From Nitrospirota bacterium (GTDB taxonomy: Bacteria; Nitrospirota; UBA9217): a DNA stretch of 64,000 nt. Within the stretch, counting starts at the first letter, position 1. Each line of letters starts with the position of its first letter. The DNA is taken from NCBI GenBank assembly GCA_963840455.1, contig CAWIYV010000010.1, forward strand, positions 352,001 through 416,000. Reading direction: 5' to 3'. The translations under genes and the position numbers were made by a program. Below the pieces are notes generated by a model. That model had not been told where the DNA came from, did no database searches, and was given only the letters and a program-made list of their open reading frames with translations. This document shows, piece by piece, positions 1 through 8,046 of this stretch.

Positions 1-1426
1 CCACGCCGTCGTGGGCGAGCTTCATGCGGTCCCGGAGCACCACCGTGTCCACCCCTCCCGGCACTTTGCCGTCGATCAGGACCCGGCCGGCAGGTACGCG
101 ACCGGCGCGCCGTGCCGTTCCGGCGGTGAACTCCATCACCTCGCCGTCCTCGAGGATGAAGATGTTCTCTTCGGGGATGTTGACCTTCCGTGCGAGCTGG
201 GCATGGTACACGAGGTGGCGGTACTCGCCGTGCACCGGGATGAAATACTTCGGCCGAACGATGTTCAGCAGCAGCTTCAGCTCCTCCTTCGACGCATGGC
301 CGGAGACGTGGACCTCCGAGACCTTCTCATAGAAGACCTCGGCGCCGCGCTTGAACAGGTGGTTGATGATCCGTGTGATGGCGCGCTCGTTCCCCGGGAT
401 CATCTTGGACGACAGCACGATGGTGTCGCCTTTCCGGATCTGGAAGTGCTTGTGCTCGTTCGCCGCCATGAGGGTGAGCGCGCTCATGGGCTCGCCCTGG
501 CTTCCGGTGGTGATGAGCACGACCTGGTCATCGGGCAGCTGCTTCAGCGCGTCGATCTTAAGCCATGTCTCGGGAGGCATCTTGAGGTACCCCAGGTCGA
601 GCGCGATGAGCGCGTTGGCGATCATGCTCTTGCCGTTCAGGATCACCTTGCGGCCGTGCATCACGGCCACGTCGATGATCTGCTGGACCCGGTGGATGTT
701 CGAGGCGAAGGTGGCTACAACGATCCTGCCCTTCGCCTTCTGGAAGATGTCCTCGAGCCCCCGGCGCACTTCCTTCTCCGAAAAGGTATAGCCGCCCTGG
801 GAGGCGTTCGTGCTATCCGAGAGAAAGACGAGAGTGCCTTTATCCCCGTACTCGGTGAAGGTGCGGAGGTCCATGATCTCGTTGTCCACAGGCGTCGGGT
901 CGATCTTGAAATCGCCGGTGTGCACCACCCTACCCGCGGGCGTGGTGACGCCGAGGCCCACGCCGTCTACGATGCTGTGGGTCACGCGGATGAACTCCAC
1001 CTGAAAGCAGCCGATCGTCACTATGTCGCGGGGCCTCGCCGGGATGAGTTCCACGGTCTCGTCGAGACCATGCTCCCTGAGCTTGTCCTTCACAAAACCG
1101 AGGGTGAGGCGGGTCCCGTAGACCGGAACATTGAGCTCGCGCAGCAGGAACGGGAGGCCGCCGATGTGGTCCTCGTGGGCGTGGGTGAGCACGATGGCGC
1201 GGACCTTCTGGCGATTCTCGAGGAGGTAGGTAAAGTCCGGGACCACGATGTCCACGCCGAGCATCTCGGGGTCGGGGAACATGAGCCCCGCGTCGATCAC
1301 GATGATGTCGTCGCCGCACTCGAGCGCCGTCGAGTTCATGCCGATCTCGCCGATGCCGCCGAGCGGGATGATCAACAGCGTAGGTTCGCCGGCAACCCCC
1401 CCGATGTCCGTGCCTGGTACGTTCAT
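1..1426 (-). CDS. rnj: Ribonuclease J (partial, runs off the window start)
   Basis: Manual translation from the ATG at 1426 gives MNVPGT...LLIIPLGGIGEIGMNSTALECGDDIIVIDAGLMFPDPEMLGVDIVVPDFTYL, followed by THAHEDHIG (metallo-beta-lactamase HxHxDH motif). Absent from the ORF track because its stop lies outside the window. Confidence 0.95.
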   Translation of the reverse strand, partial: MNVPGTDIGGVAGEPTLLIIPLGGIGEIGMNSTALECGDDIIVIDAGLMFPDPEMLGVDIVVPDFTYLLENRQKVRAIVLTHAHEDHIGGLPFLLRELNVPVYGTRLTLGFVKDKLREHGLDETVELIPARPRDIVTIGCFQVEFIRVTHSIVDGVGLGVTTPAGRVVHTGDFKIDPTPVDNEIMDLRTFTEYGDKGTLVFLSDSTNASQGGYTFSEKEVRRGLEDIFQKAKGRIVVATFASNIHRVQQIIDVAVMHGRKVILNGKSMIANALIALDLGYLKMPPETWLKIDALKQLPDDQVVLITTGSQGEPMSALTLMAANEHKHFQIRKGDTIVLSSKMIPGNERAITRIINHLFKRGAEVFYEKVSEVHVSGHASKEELKLLLNIVRPKYFIPVHGEYRHLVYHAQLARKVNIPEENIFILEDGEVMEFTAGTARRAGRVPAGRVLIDGKVPGGVDTVVLRDRMKLAHDGV

Positions 1427-1488
1427 GTGGTTGATTGTTCCATTCTCCGTGGATTGACACCCGTCCTGTTTCTGCGAACCGGCATCTC

Positions 1489-1517
1489 ACTATAGTATGT
1501 TTTCATGGCATCGTCAA
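1489..1517 (-). promoter_or_regulatory. Putative sigma-70 promoter of rnj
   Basis: TTGACG-N17-TATAGT on the minus strand. Confidence 0.6.
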
Positions 1518-1574
1518 TCCAGGAGAGCGCGGGGTTGGAGACCGCTGTCCGGCCGCTTGAGGAGGGCGCTGCGA

Positions 1575-3107
1575 TCAGGTGATCCGCCGGTCCAGGCTCC
1601 TATATTGTATTGCCTCGGAGATGTGCTCCGCCGCGATCGGGCCGCTGCCCTCGATGTCGGCAATGGTGCGTGCCACCTTCAGCACGCGGTTGTAGGCCCG
1701 GGCCGAAAGGCCGAGTCGGTTCATGGCCGCCTCCATGAGCCGCTGGGAGCCTGCGTCGATCCTGCAATATTTCCGGATATGGCGGGGCTTCATGTGGGCG
1801 TTAGCAAAGATGCCGTCGCTCCGGAAGCGCTCCTGCTGGATCGAGCGGGCGCGGGTGACGCGTTCGCGGATGGACGAGGACGCTTCCGCGGGCGTATCGT
1901 CGGCGATCTCGCGGAACTTGATGGCCGGCACCTCGATGTGGATGTCGATGCGGTCCATGAGCGGTCCTGATACGCGTGAGCGGTACGTCTGGATCTGGTG
2001 AGGCGTGCAGAGGCACTGGTGCAGGGGATCGCCGCTGAACCCGCATTTGCAGGGGTTCATGGCGGCCACCAGCATGAGCGAAGCCGGATAGGTGAGCGAC
2101 GCGAGGGCGCGGGAGATAGTGACGTGGCCATCCTCGAGCGGCTGCCGCAGCGCCTCGAGTGCGTTGCGCTTGAACTCCGGCAGCTCATCGAGGAAGAGCA
2201 CGCCGTTGTGCGACAGGCTCACCTCGCCTGGCCGGGGGACCTGACCGCCGCCGATCAAGCCCGCGTCGGAAATAGTATGGTGCGGCGAGCGGAATGGCCG
2301 GGTGGCGATGAGCGGCTGTCCCTGCCTCAGGAAACCCATGATACTGTGGATCTTCGTGGTCTCGATGGATTCGTCGAAGCTCATCTGCGGCAGGACCGAC
2401 GGTATGCGCCGGGCAAGCATGGTCTTGCCTGAGCCGGGCGGGCCGATCATGATGATGTTGTGGCCGCCGGCAGCGGCAATCTCCATGGCGCGCTTGGCGT
2501 GTTCCTGCCCCCGGACCTCGGCGAAATCCTCCTGGTACACGGAGTTGGCCTCGAAGGCGCTCCGGACGTTGATGCGCAGGGGCTCGACTACGGCCTTCCC
2601 GGTCAGGAACTCCACGACCTGCGGCAGCGTCTGGACGCCGAAGACGCGCACCGGTTCGACGACAGCCGCCTCCTGGGCGTTGTCCGCAGGGATGATCATG
2701 CCGCGGCAGCCCTTCCTGCCCGCGAGCACGGCCAAGGAGAGCGCTCCCCGCACCGGCTTCACCCTGCCGTCCAGGGCCAGCTCGCCCACGATGAGGTATC
2801 CTTCCACCATCTCCTGGGTGATGACGCCTTCGGCGATCAGCATGCCGATGGCGATGGGCAGGTCGAATGCAGACCCTTCCTTCTTGATGTCCGCCGGCGC
2901 CAGGTTCACGATCACCTGCTTCAGGGGAAAATCGAATCCCGTGTTCTTGAGCGCCGCACGCACGCGCTCCTTGCTCTCCTTCACCGCCGCGTCCGGCAGG
3001 CCCACCGTGGAGAAGAACGGCAGCCCGCGGCTCGCGATGTCCACCTCGACCTCGACGGGATAGGCATCGATGCCCAGGACGGCAGAGCTCATGACCTTGG
3101 CAAGCAT
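1575..3107 (-). CDS. comM: YifB/ComM family Mg-chelatase-like AAA+ ATPase
   Basis: [34 protein letters not shown], Walker [33 protein letters not shown]. Confidence 0.9.
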   Translation of the reverse strand: MLAKVMSSAVLGIDAYPVEVEVDIASRGLPFFSTVGLPDAAVKESKERVRAALKNTGFDFPLKQVIVNLAPADIKKEGSAFDLPIAIGMLIAEGVITQEMVEGYLIVGELALDGRVKPVRGALSLAVLAGRKGCRGMIIPADNAQEAAVVEPVRVFGVQTLPQVVEFLTGKAVVEPLRINVRSAFEANSVYQEDFAEVRGQEHAKRAMEIAAAGGHNIIMIGPPGSGKTMLARRIPSVLPQMSFDESIETTKIHSIMGFLRQGQPLIATRPFRSPHHTISDAGLIGGGQVPRPGEVSLSHNGVLFLDELPEFKRNALEALRQPLEDGHVTISRALASLTYPASLMLVAAMNPCKCGFSGDPLHQCLCTPHQIQTYRSRVSGPLMDRIDIHIEVPAIKFREIADDTPAEASSSIRERVTRARSIQQERFRSDGIFANAHMKPRHIRKYCRIDAGSQRLMEAAMNRLGLSARAYNRVLKVARTIADIEGSGPIAAEHISEAIQYRSLDRRIT

Positions 3108-3295
3108 GGGGCTCCTTATTCGATTGCGGAGTGCGGATCTCAGAATGCGGAATTGAGAATGATCGATCAGGGTGTCAACAGCACCCTGACCTTTCGTTCA
3201 GACACCTGACATCGAGAACGGTTTAGCGCTGAGGATAGCAGAGGGGTCGAAGGATTGTCAAATTGAACTTCTGCAATTAACCGCAACCAGGGACG

Positions 3296-4900
3296 CTACT
3301 GTTCGAAGCGGGTAACGAATGCGCCGATGAACTTCGTGTCGCGGACATAGTCGTTCATGAGGACCTCTTTCACCGCGCCGCCGCCAGGTTTGGAGGCGCT
3401 GTCCTTGGTGCCCGCGGCATGAATGAGGTATGCCTTGCCGTCCTTCACACGCACGAAGGAGAGGTGGGCAACGATCTCCTCCACCACCCGTTTCTTCGGG
3501 TCCTTGACCCAGAAGATGATGTCCCCGTCCTGCAGCTGCTTCTGGACCTTCCTGGAGGCCAGCACCGTCTTCGGCAGGATGATGACCTCGTCCCGGCCGC
3601 GGGAGCCCTTGACCGTCGTGGTGGTGCCGAGCTCATCGGTGATGTTCCGCCCCCACTTGCCGCTGAAGACCATGTCCTCGCCGTATTCGAATCGCTCGCC
3701 GTAGTTCTGCACCAGGCCGTCGGCGATCTTCCCCTCGGTGATGAAGCGGAGGGAAAGGGCCTGCTCGATCGCCTGGCCCGGCGTCTGGGACCGCGCAAGC
3801 TCCACGGAACGGAAGGTGAGGTACATGCAGTCGGCCTTCTCGTCTGCTACGATGCGGTTCGTGCGCACGTACAGGCCCAGGGGGTCGGTGTCGTATGACG
3901 TGCCGATGAACCGCGTCGCCCAGTACACGATCCGTTTGCCCAGCGGCAGCTCGGCCGCAAAGGTCTGGGCGATCATGATCTCGTCGGCCGCCATCTCGGA
4001 CGGGAGCTTCTTCTGGTCCGGGTCAGGCGTCATGACGCGGAGCCCGTGAAGAAGGGAATTGGCGAACCGGCGGTCATGGATCCCGCCCAGTTGGACGCTG
4101 CTCTTCCTGACGGCGTGCAGGAACTGTCCGTTGTACAGGTACAGCCCGAGCCCCTCCCCGGAGAAGACAAGAATGTCGCCGGGCAGAAGCTCCTTTTTCT
4201 GGACCTTCACGGCCTTTCCCTTGAGCGCGTCACGGTCGGTATCGAGGTCAATGCCGTGGATTCGATAGACCGTGTAGATGAGTCCGCTGGTGTCCATGCC
4301 CTGGACGGTGATCCCGCCTGCCAGATATTGAGCGCCCTGGAACTTCCGGGCGGTCTTCGCGATCTCAGCGGGTGTTACGCCACCGAGCACGGGATTGCGC
4401 GGCCGTACGGGTTCTGCATCTGCCGAAGCGATGACAGCGACCGTACGGTCCGGGAACAGTACTTTGTAGCCATCCGCGGTCCGCTCCTGCACCGGCAGCC
4501 GCGTCCCGGCATAGAGCGACACATTGTGGTTCCCAAGCTTGTCGAGGATCAAGGCGAAGGTCTTCGGGGCCGTGATGACGACCCACTGCCGGTCGGCCTT
4601 AAGGTACGATCTCCCTTTATCGCGGGGCACCTGCACTGCTTCCTGCTGGATCCATCCCTCGCGATCGCCCTGGCCCGGGATGGCGATGCGGTAACGGTAC
4701 TCCTGTTTTTCCAGGATGCGGACCTCGTCGCCGAGCAGGACCTGGGTCACGATATGCGCCTTGGGCAGGGGTTCTTCGCGCACGTTGGCAAGGGGCACGG
4801 AGATAAGGCCGAGGCTTCCATTCGCCGGCGGCTCCTGTGCCATGGCGGCACTGGTCAGCGTCGCGAGGGCAAACAGCATGATGATCAGTCGTTTCACCAT
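3296..4900 (-). CDS. Secreted cell-wall hydrolase: SH3-like domains, degenerate NlpC/P60 domain, C-terminal DUF1460/AmiA-like domain
   Basis: Signal peptide MVKRLIIMLFALATLTSAAMA; SH3-like ANVREEP...VTQVLLGDEV...EGWI; NlpC-like YLAGG...GMDTSG; second domain FIGTSY...ADCMYL...VAHLSF...LIHAA. Start placed at ATG 4900 because the longer ORF overlaps a tRNA. Confidence 0.75.
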   Translation of the reverse strand: MVKRLIIMLFALATLTSAAMAQEPPANGSLGLISVPLANVREEPLPKAHIVTQVLLGDEVRILEKQEYRYRIAIPGQGDREGWIQQEAVQVPRDKGRSYLKADRQWVVITAPKTFALILDKLGNHNVSLYAGTRLPVQERTADGYKVLFPDRTVAVIASADAEPVRPRNPVLGGVTPAEIAKTARKFQGAQYLAGGITVQGMDTSGLIYTVYRIHGIDLDTDRDALKGKAVKVQKKELLPGDILVFSGEGLGLYLYNGQFLHAVRKSSVQLGGIHDRRFANSLLHGLRVMTPDPDQKKLPSEMAADEIMIAQTFAAELPLGKRIVYWATRFIGTSYDTDPLGLYVRTNRIVADEKADCMYLTFRSVELARSQTPGQAIEQALSLRFITEGKIADGLVQNYGERFEYGEDMVFSGKWGRNITDELGTTTTVKGSRGRDEVIILPKTVLASRKVQKQLQDGDIIFWVKDPKKRVVEEIVAHLSFVRVKDGKAYLIHAAGTKDSASKPGGGAVKEVLMNDYVRDTKFIGAFVTRFEQ

Positions 4901-5020
4901 AGGGTGGCGAGCGAACTTCGCTTTCAGGACAACAGGATGGAGGAGCAAAAAAAATAAGTCAGGCACAGGTGCCTGACCGGTCTTTGCCGGAGGCGAGACG
5001 CCTCCCGGGAACGAAAAAAA

Positions 5021-5105
5021 TGGTGCCGAAGGGGGGACTCGAACCCCCATGGGTTGCCCCACACGCCCCTCAAACGTGCGTGTCTACCAATTCCACCACT
5101 TCGGC
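5021..5105 (-). tRNA. tRNA-Leu (anticodon GAG)
   Basis: Reverse complement GCCGAAGTGGTGGAATTGGTAGACACGCACGT-TTGAGGG-GCGTG..., long variable arm, GTTCGAGTCC T-loop, encoded CCA. Confidence 0.97.
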
Positions 5106-5187
5106 ACTTGTGAAAACTCTGGGAACGCCTGCGAACACGTCAGTCCTGTCGCGACGCCGGACAGTGCCACTTCACTGCGGGGGTGCG

Positions 5188-6108
5188 CTACTTCTTGACC
5201 GGCGCCAGCCACGCGTTGTGCTTCTTGTCCCTGCCGTGGACGATATCGAAGAACGCGGCCTGGATCTTCTGGGTAATGGGCCCCGGCTTGCCTGCGCCGA
5301 TCCTCCGGTTATCCACCTCGCGGATAGGCGTGATCTCCGCGGCCGTGCCGCTAAAGAACGCCTCATCGGCGATGTAGAGCTCGTCCCGTGTGAACCGCTC
5401 TTCTGCAAGCGGGATGTTGTGCTCCTCGGCAAGCTGCATGATGGTATCGCGGGTGATGCCTTCGAGAATCGCCGTGAGCGGCGGGGTCTTGAGCTTGCCA
5501 TGGCGCACCATGAAGATGTTCTCCCCGCTCCCTTCGGCCACATAGCCGTCGGTGTCGAGCAGGACAGCCTCGTCATACCCGTCCTTGAGCGCCTCGCGCT
5601 TTGCCAGCAGCGAATTCGCATAGTTTGCGACGGCCTTGGCGCGGACCATGGTGGCATTGATGTGCGGACGGGTGAACGACGAGATCTTGACACGGATGCC
5701 GTTCTTCATCCCCTCATCGCCCAGGTAGCTGCCCCAGGGCCAGACCGCAATGATCACGTTGACGGGGTTCTCCTTGGGAAAGACCCCCATGGCGCCGTAG
5801 CCGATGAACGCCAGCGGCCGGATGTAGCAAGCGTCGATCTTGTTCACCCGGATGGTCTCGAGGATGGCATCGAACACCTGTTCGCGGGTGAAAGGACAAT
5901 CCATCTGGAGAATGTGCATGGAGCCGAAGAGCCGGTCCACGTGCTCCTTCAGACGGAACACCGCCGAGCCTGAATCCGTCTTGTAGCAACGGATGCCCTC
6001 AAACACACCGGTGCCGTAGTGGAGCGTGTGAGCGAGGACATGGACCTTGGCATCGTTCCAGGGAACGAATTTTCCGTCCATCCATATTTTTTCTGTGGTT
6101 TGCAGCAT
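5188..6108 (-). CDS. ilvE: Branched-chain amino acid aminotransferase
   Basis: LHYGTGVFEGIR, AKAVANY (PLP lysine), EGSGENIF, LEGITR, GTAAEITP. Confidence 0.96.
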   Translation of the reverse strand: MLQTTEKIWMDGKFVPWNDAKVHVLAHTLHYGTGVFEGIRCYKTDSGSAVFRLKEHVDRLFGSMHILQMDCPFTREQVFDAILETIRVNKIDACYIRPLAFIGYGAMGVFPKENPVNVIIAVWPWGSYLGDEGMKNGIRVKISSFTRPHINATMVRAKAVANYANSLLAKREALKDGYDEAVLLDTDGYVAEGSGENIFMVRHGKLKTPPLTAILEGITRDTIMQLAEEHNIPLAEERFTRDELYIADEAFFSGTAAEITPIREVDNRRIGAGKPGPITQKIQAAFFDIVHGRDKKHNAWLAPVKK

Positions 6109-6117
6109 AGAGGGTAT

Positions 6118-6146
6118 TTTATAACAGTCTGGCGAATGATTGTCAA
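6118..6146 (-). promoter_or_regulatory. Sigma-70 promoter of ilvE (near-leaderless)
   Basis: TTGACA-N17-TATAAA, with the ATG 9 nt downstream of the -10 hexamer. Confidence 0.7.
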
Positions 6147-6166
6147 CGGTTTTTTATCCGGATTTA

Positions 6167-6310
6167 TCAGCGGTTTCCGGCCGTTGCGCGCTGGTACGCC
6201 CCGAGGAAAGGGCCGCGGGGTTCGGGATCGCCCGGCTTCGGGAGAAGCTCCTGCTCCTCCGGCTTCGTGATGGTAATGAGCGTATCGTTCATCCTCTTTC
6301 CGGATGTCAT
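6167..6310 (-). CDS. Possible small protein (47 aa), unknown function
   Basis: GGAGG Shine-Dalgarno shortly before ATG; MTSGKRMNDTLITITKPEEQELLPKPGDPEPRGPFLGAYQRATAGNR. No recognisable family. Confidence 0.3.
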   Translation of the reverse strand: MTSGKRMNDTLITITKPEEQELLPKPGDPEPRGPFLGAYQRATAGNR

Positions 6311-6355
6311 GTCCCTCCAGGGTGGGCCGATGAAGCCACTTCGACCTCGTCCTTC

Positions 6356-6473
6356 TTGAATCCAGGGGCGAGCGCATTCCGCGTTGCTTGCTGCGGGGTT
6401 AGCGAGCGATTTAGAACAACGTTACGTACCTAAGGATCGAAGCTCCCTGCAGCAAGCTGCAGGGAGCTTCAAC
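6356..6473 (+). repeat. Dispersed hairpin repeat, full-length copy A
   Basis: TTGAATCCAGGGGCGAGCGCATTCC...GCTTGCTGCGGGGTTAGCGAGCGATTTAGAA...AAGGATCGAAGCTCCCTGCAGCAAGCTGCAGGGAGCTTCAAC; aligns by eye with six other copies. Confidence 0.92.
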
Positions 6474-6887
6474 GTCGCGGGCGCTTTTGCCTTGCATCGA
6501 GCGGGGGCAAGTTCCAGCTTGGCGTAGGACTCAGACGACCATGGTCGGGTTTACCGGCATCCGGCGCGTCGCCGCCTCGATGCATTTCCATGCATCGAGA
6601 TAGTTCCTGGTATCCCCGACCTCATCCGCTTCCGGGTACACGGGAACGCCGAACTCCTCCCCGACTGCCGCGATCAAGATCCCTGCCCTCTTGCTGATAG
6701 CCGCACAGTCGCTCTTCTATAATTATGGAGGTCTCTTTGCTGATAATCTTGTACGGTTTTCCCCCGGATAGACAACTAGCTCGGCTTGCTGCTCAAACCG
6801 CCTGCTTTTTCGGGACAATTCGGTTTGACAGCCTTCCAGAGTAGCGATACACTTGAGGTGCAGGAACCCATCATCAAGGAGGCTTCT

Positions 6888-7349
6888 ATGCAAATCAAGA
6901 CCATCCTTTTCCCGACCGATTTTTCTCAGGGCGCACGGGCGGCCATGGACTACGCCATCTCCTTGGCCCAGGACTACAAGGCAAAGCTCATCCTGCTCTA
7001 TGTCATCCAGGATATCAGCATCGCTGAGTGGTATATCCCTTCATCGATATCCGCGGCAGACCTTGTGGAGGACATGCAGAAGAGCGCCACGAAAGAGATG
7101 GACAAATGGGCGGGTGAGGCCGCGGTGAAGGTGAAGGATGTGGAGCGGGCGGTCGTGCGGGGCGTGCCGTTCGTGGAGATCATCAGGACCGCGAAGGACA
7201 AGAACGCGGACATGATCGTCATCGGGACCCACGGCAGGACCGGCATCGACCACATGCTCTTCGGCAGCACGGCGGAGAAGGTCGTCCGCAAGTCGTCCTG
7301 CCCGGTCTTGACCGTAAGAATGGCGGGCCGGGAGTTCAAGATGGTGTAG
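6888..7349 (+). CDS. Universal stress protein (UspA family)
   Basis: IKTILFPTDFS...G.PFVEII...ADMIVIGTHGRTG...FGSTAEKVVRKSSCPVLTV; AAGGAGG RBS before ATG 6888. Confidence 0.95.
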   Translation: MQIKTILFPTDFSQGARAAMDYAISLAQDYKAKLILLYVIQDISIAEWYIPSSISAADLVEDMQKSATKEMDKWAGEAAVKVKDVERAVVRGVPFVEIIRTAKDKNADMIVIGTHGRTGIDHMLFGSTAEKVVRKSSCPVLTVRMAGREFKMV

Positions 7350-7412
7350 GGAGGACCGGCGCAGGGATCCTTCGGCGATACGTCGCTCGGCACAGGCCTC
7401 GGAGGCAGGGAG

Positions 7413-7452
7413 AAACACCAAGGGCTGACAAAAGCGTCAGCCCTTGGTGTTT
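7413..7452. terminator. Probable bidirectional terminator between convergent usp and bfr
   Basis: Perfect 17-bp inverted repeat AAACACCAAGGGCTGAC-N6-GTCAGCCCTTGGTGTTT. Confidence 0.75.
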
Positions 7453-7467
7453 GACCAAATTGTTGTC

Positions 7468-7893
7468 TTACTGTCCCAAAAGCGTGGTGAATGTATCGTG
7501 GTGGCGCTCCTCGTCGGAGAGGATCTGCTCGAACAGGAGCCTCGTTGTCTCGTCCTTCTCGGTGATCGCCTGCTTGATGATGTCCTTATACAAGGTGATC
7601 GCTTCTTCCTCGGCCTGCACGTCGGCCTTCAGCATCTGCTCTGCAGTTCCACCCTTGGCAATGGGATTCGGCTTGGTGGTGGGGGCGACATCGAAGTAAA
7701 AGAGCCGCTCGGCGATCTTCTCGGCATGTTTCATCTCCTCCACGGCGATGTCCTCGAACACATCCATGAGCGAGGCGGAGTTAAGCCCCTTCACCATGAT
7801 GTGATGCCACATATACTGCACGATGGCCTGGAGCTCCCCGGCGATCGCCTGGTTCATCATTTCCGTCAGCTTTGGACTCGCTTTCTGTACCAT
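7468..7893 (-). CDS. bfr: Bacterioferritin-like protein
   Basis: Ferroxidase pattern GELQAIVQY...EEMKH...AEEEA...DEERH, with Met at the heme-ligand position of EEMKH; AAGGAG RBS before ATG 7893. Confidence 0.8.
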   Translation of the reverse strand: MVQKASPKLTEMMNQAIAGELQAIVQYMWHHIMVKGLNSASLMDVFEDIAVEEMKHAEKIAERLFYFDVAPTTKPNPIAKGGTAEQMLKADVQAEEEAITLYKDIIKQAITEKDETTRLLFEQILSDEERHHDTFTTLLGQ

Positions 7894-8046
7894 ATTGATC
7901 TCCTTCATATACCTGAATTTGATGGGTTAGGCCAATGTTAGCATAGAACCCGGCACTTTTCAACCCGCAGAGGGTGAGTTTCCTGTTGCCTTCCCCGAAA
8001 GGTTTGCACTATAATGCGCCCACAAAAAACGTAAGGAGCTTATACT

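Noticed and set aside
11-1495. 494-aa plus-strand ORF, and similar long antisense ORFs such as 29813-31270, 48482-49984, 53104-54507 and 60203-61600
   Set aside because: Shadow frames opposite recognisable genes (rnj, icd/ndk, mfd, yidC, paaK); expected in GC-rich DNA and with no family motifs.
1515-1534. AATCCAGGAGAGCGCG as an eighth repeat copy
   Set aside because: Matches only the left end over about 15 nt, has no hairpin and overlaps the rnj -35; could be chance.
4901-5062. N-terminal extension of the 588-aa ORF
   Set aside because: Overlaps tRNA-Leu; the signal peptide begins at ATG 4900.
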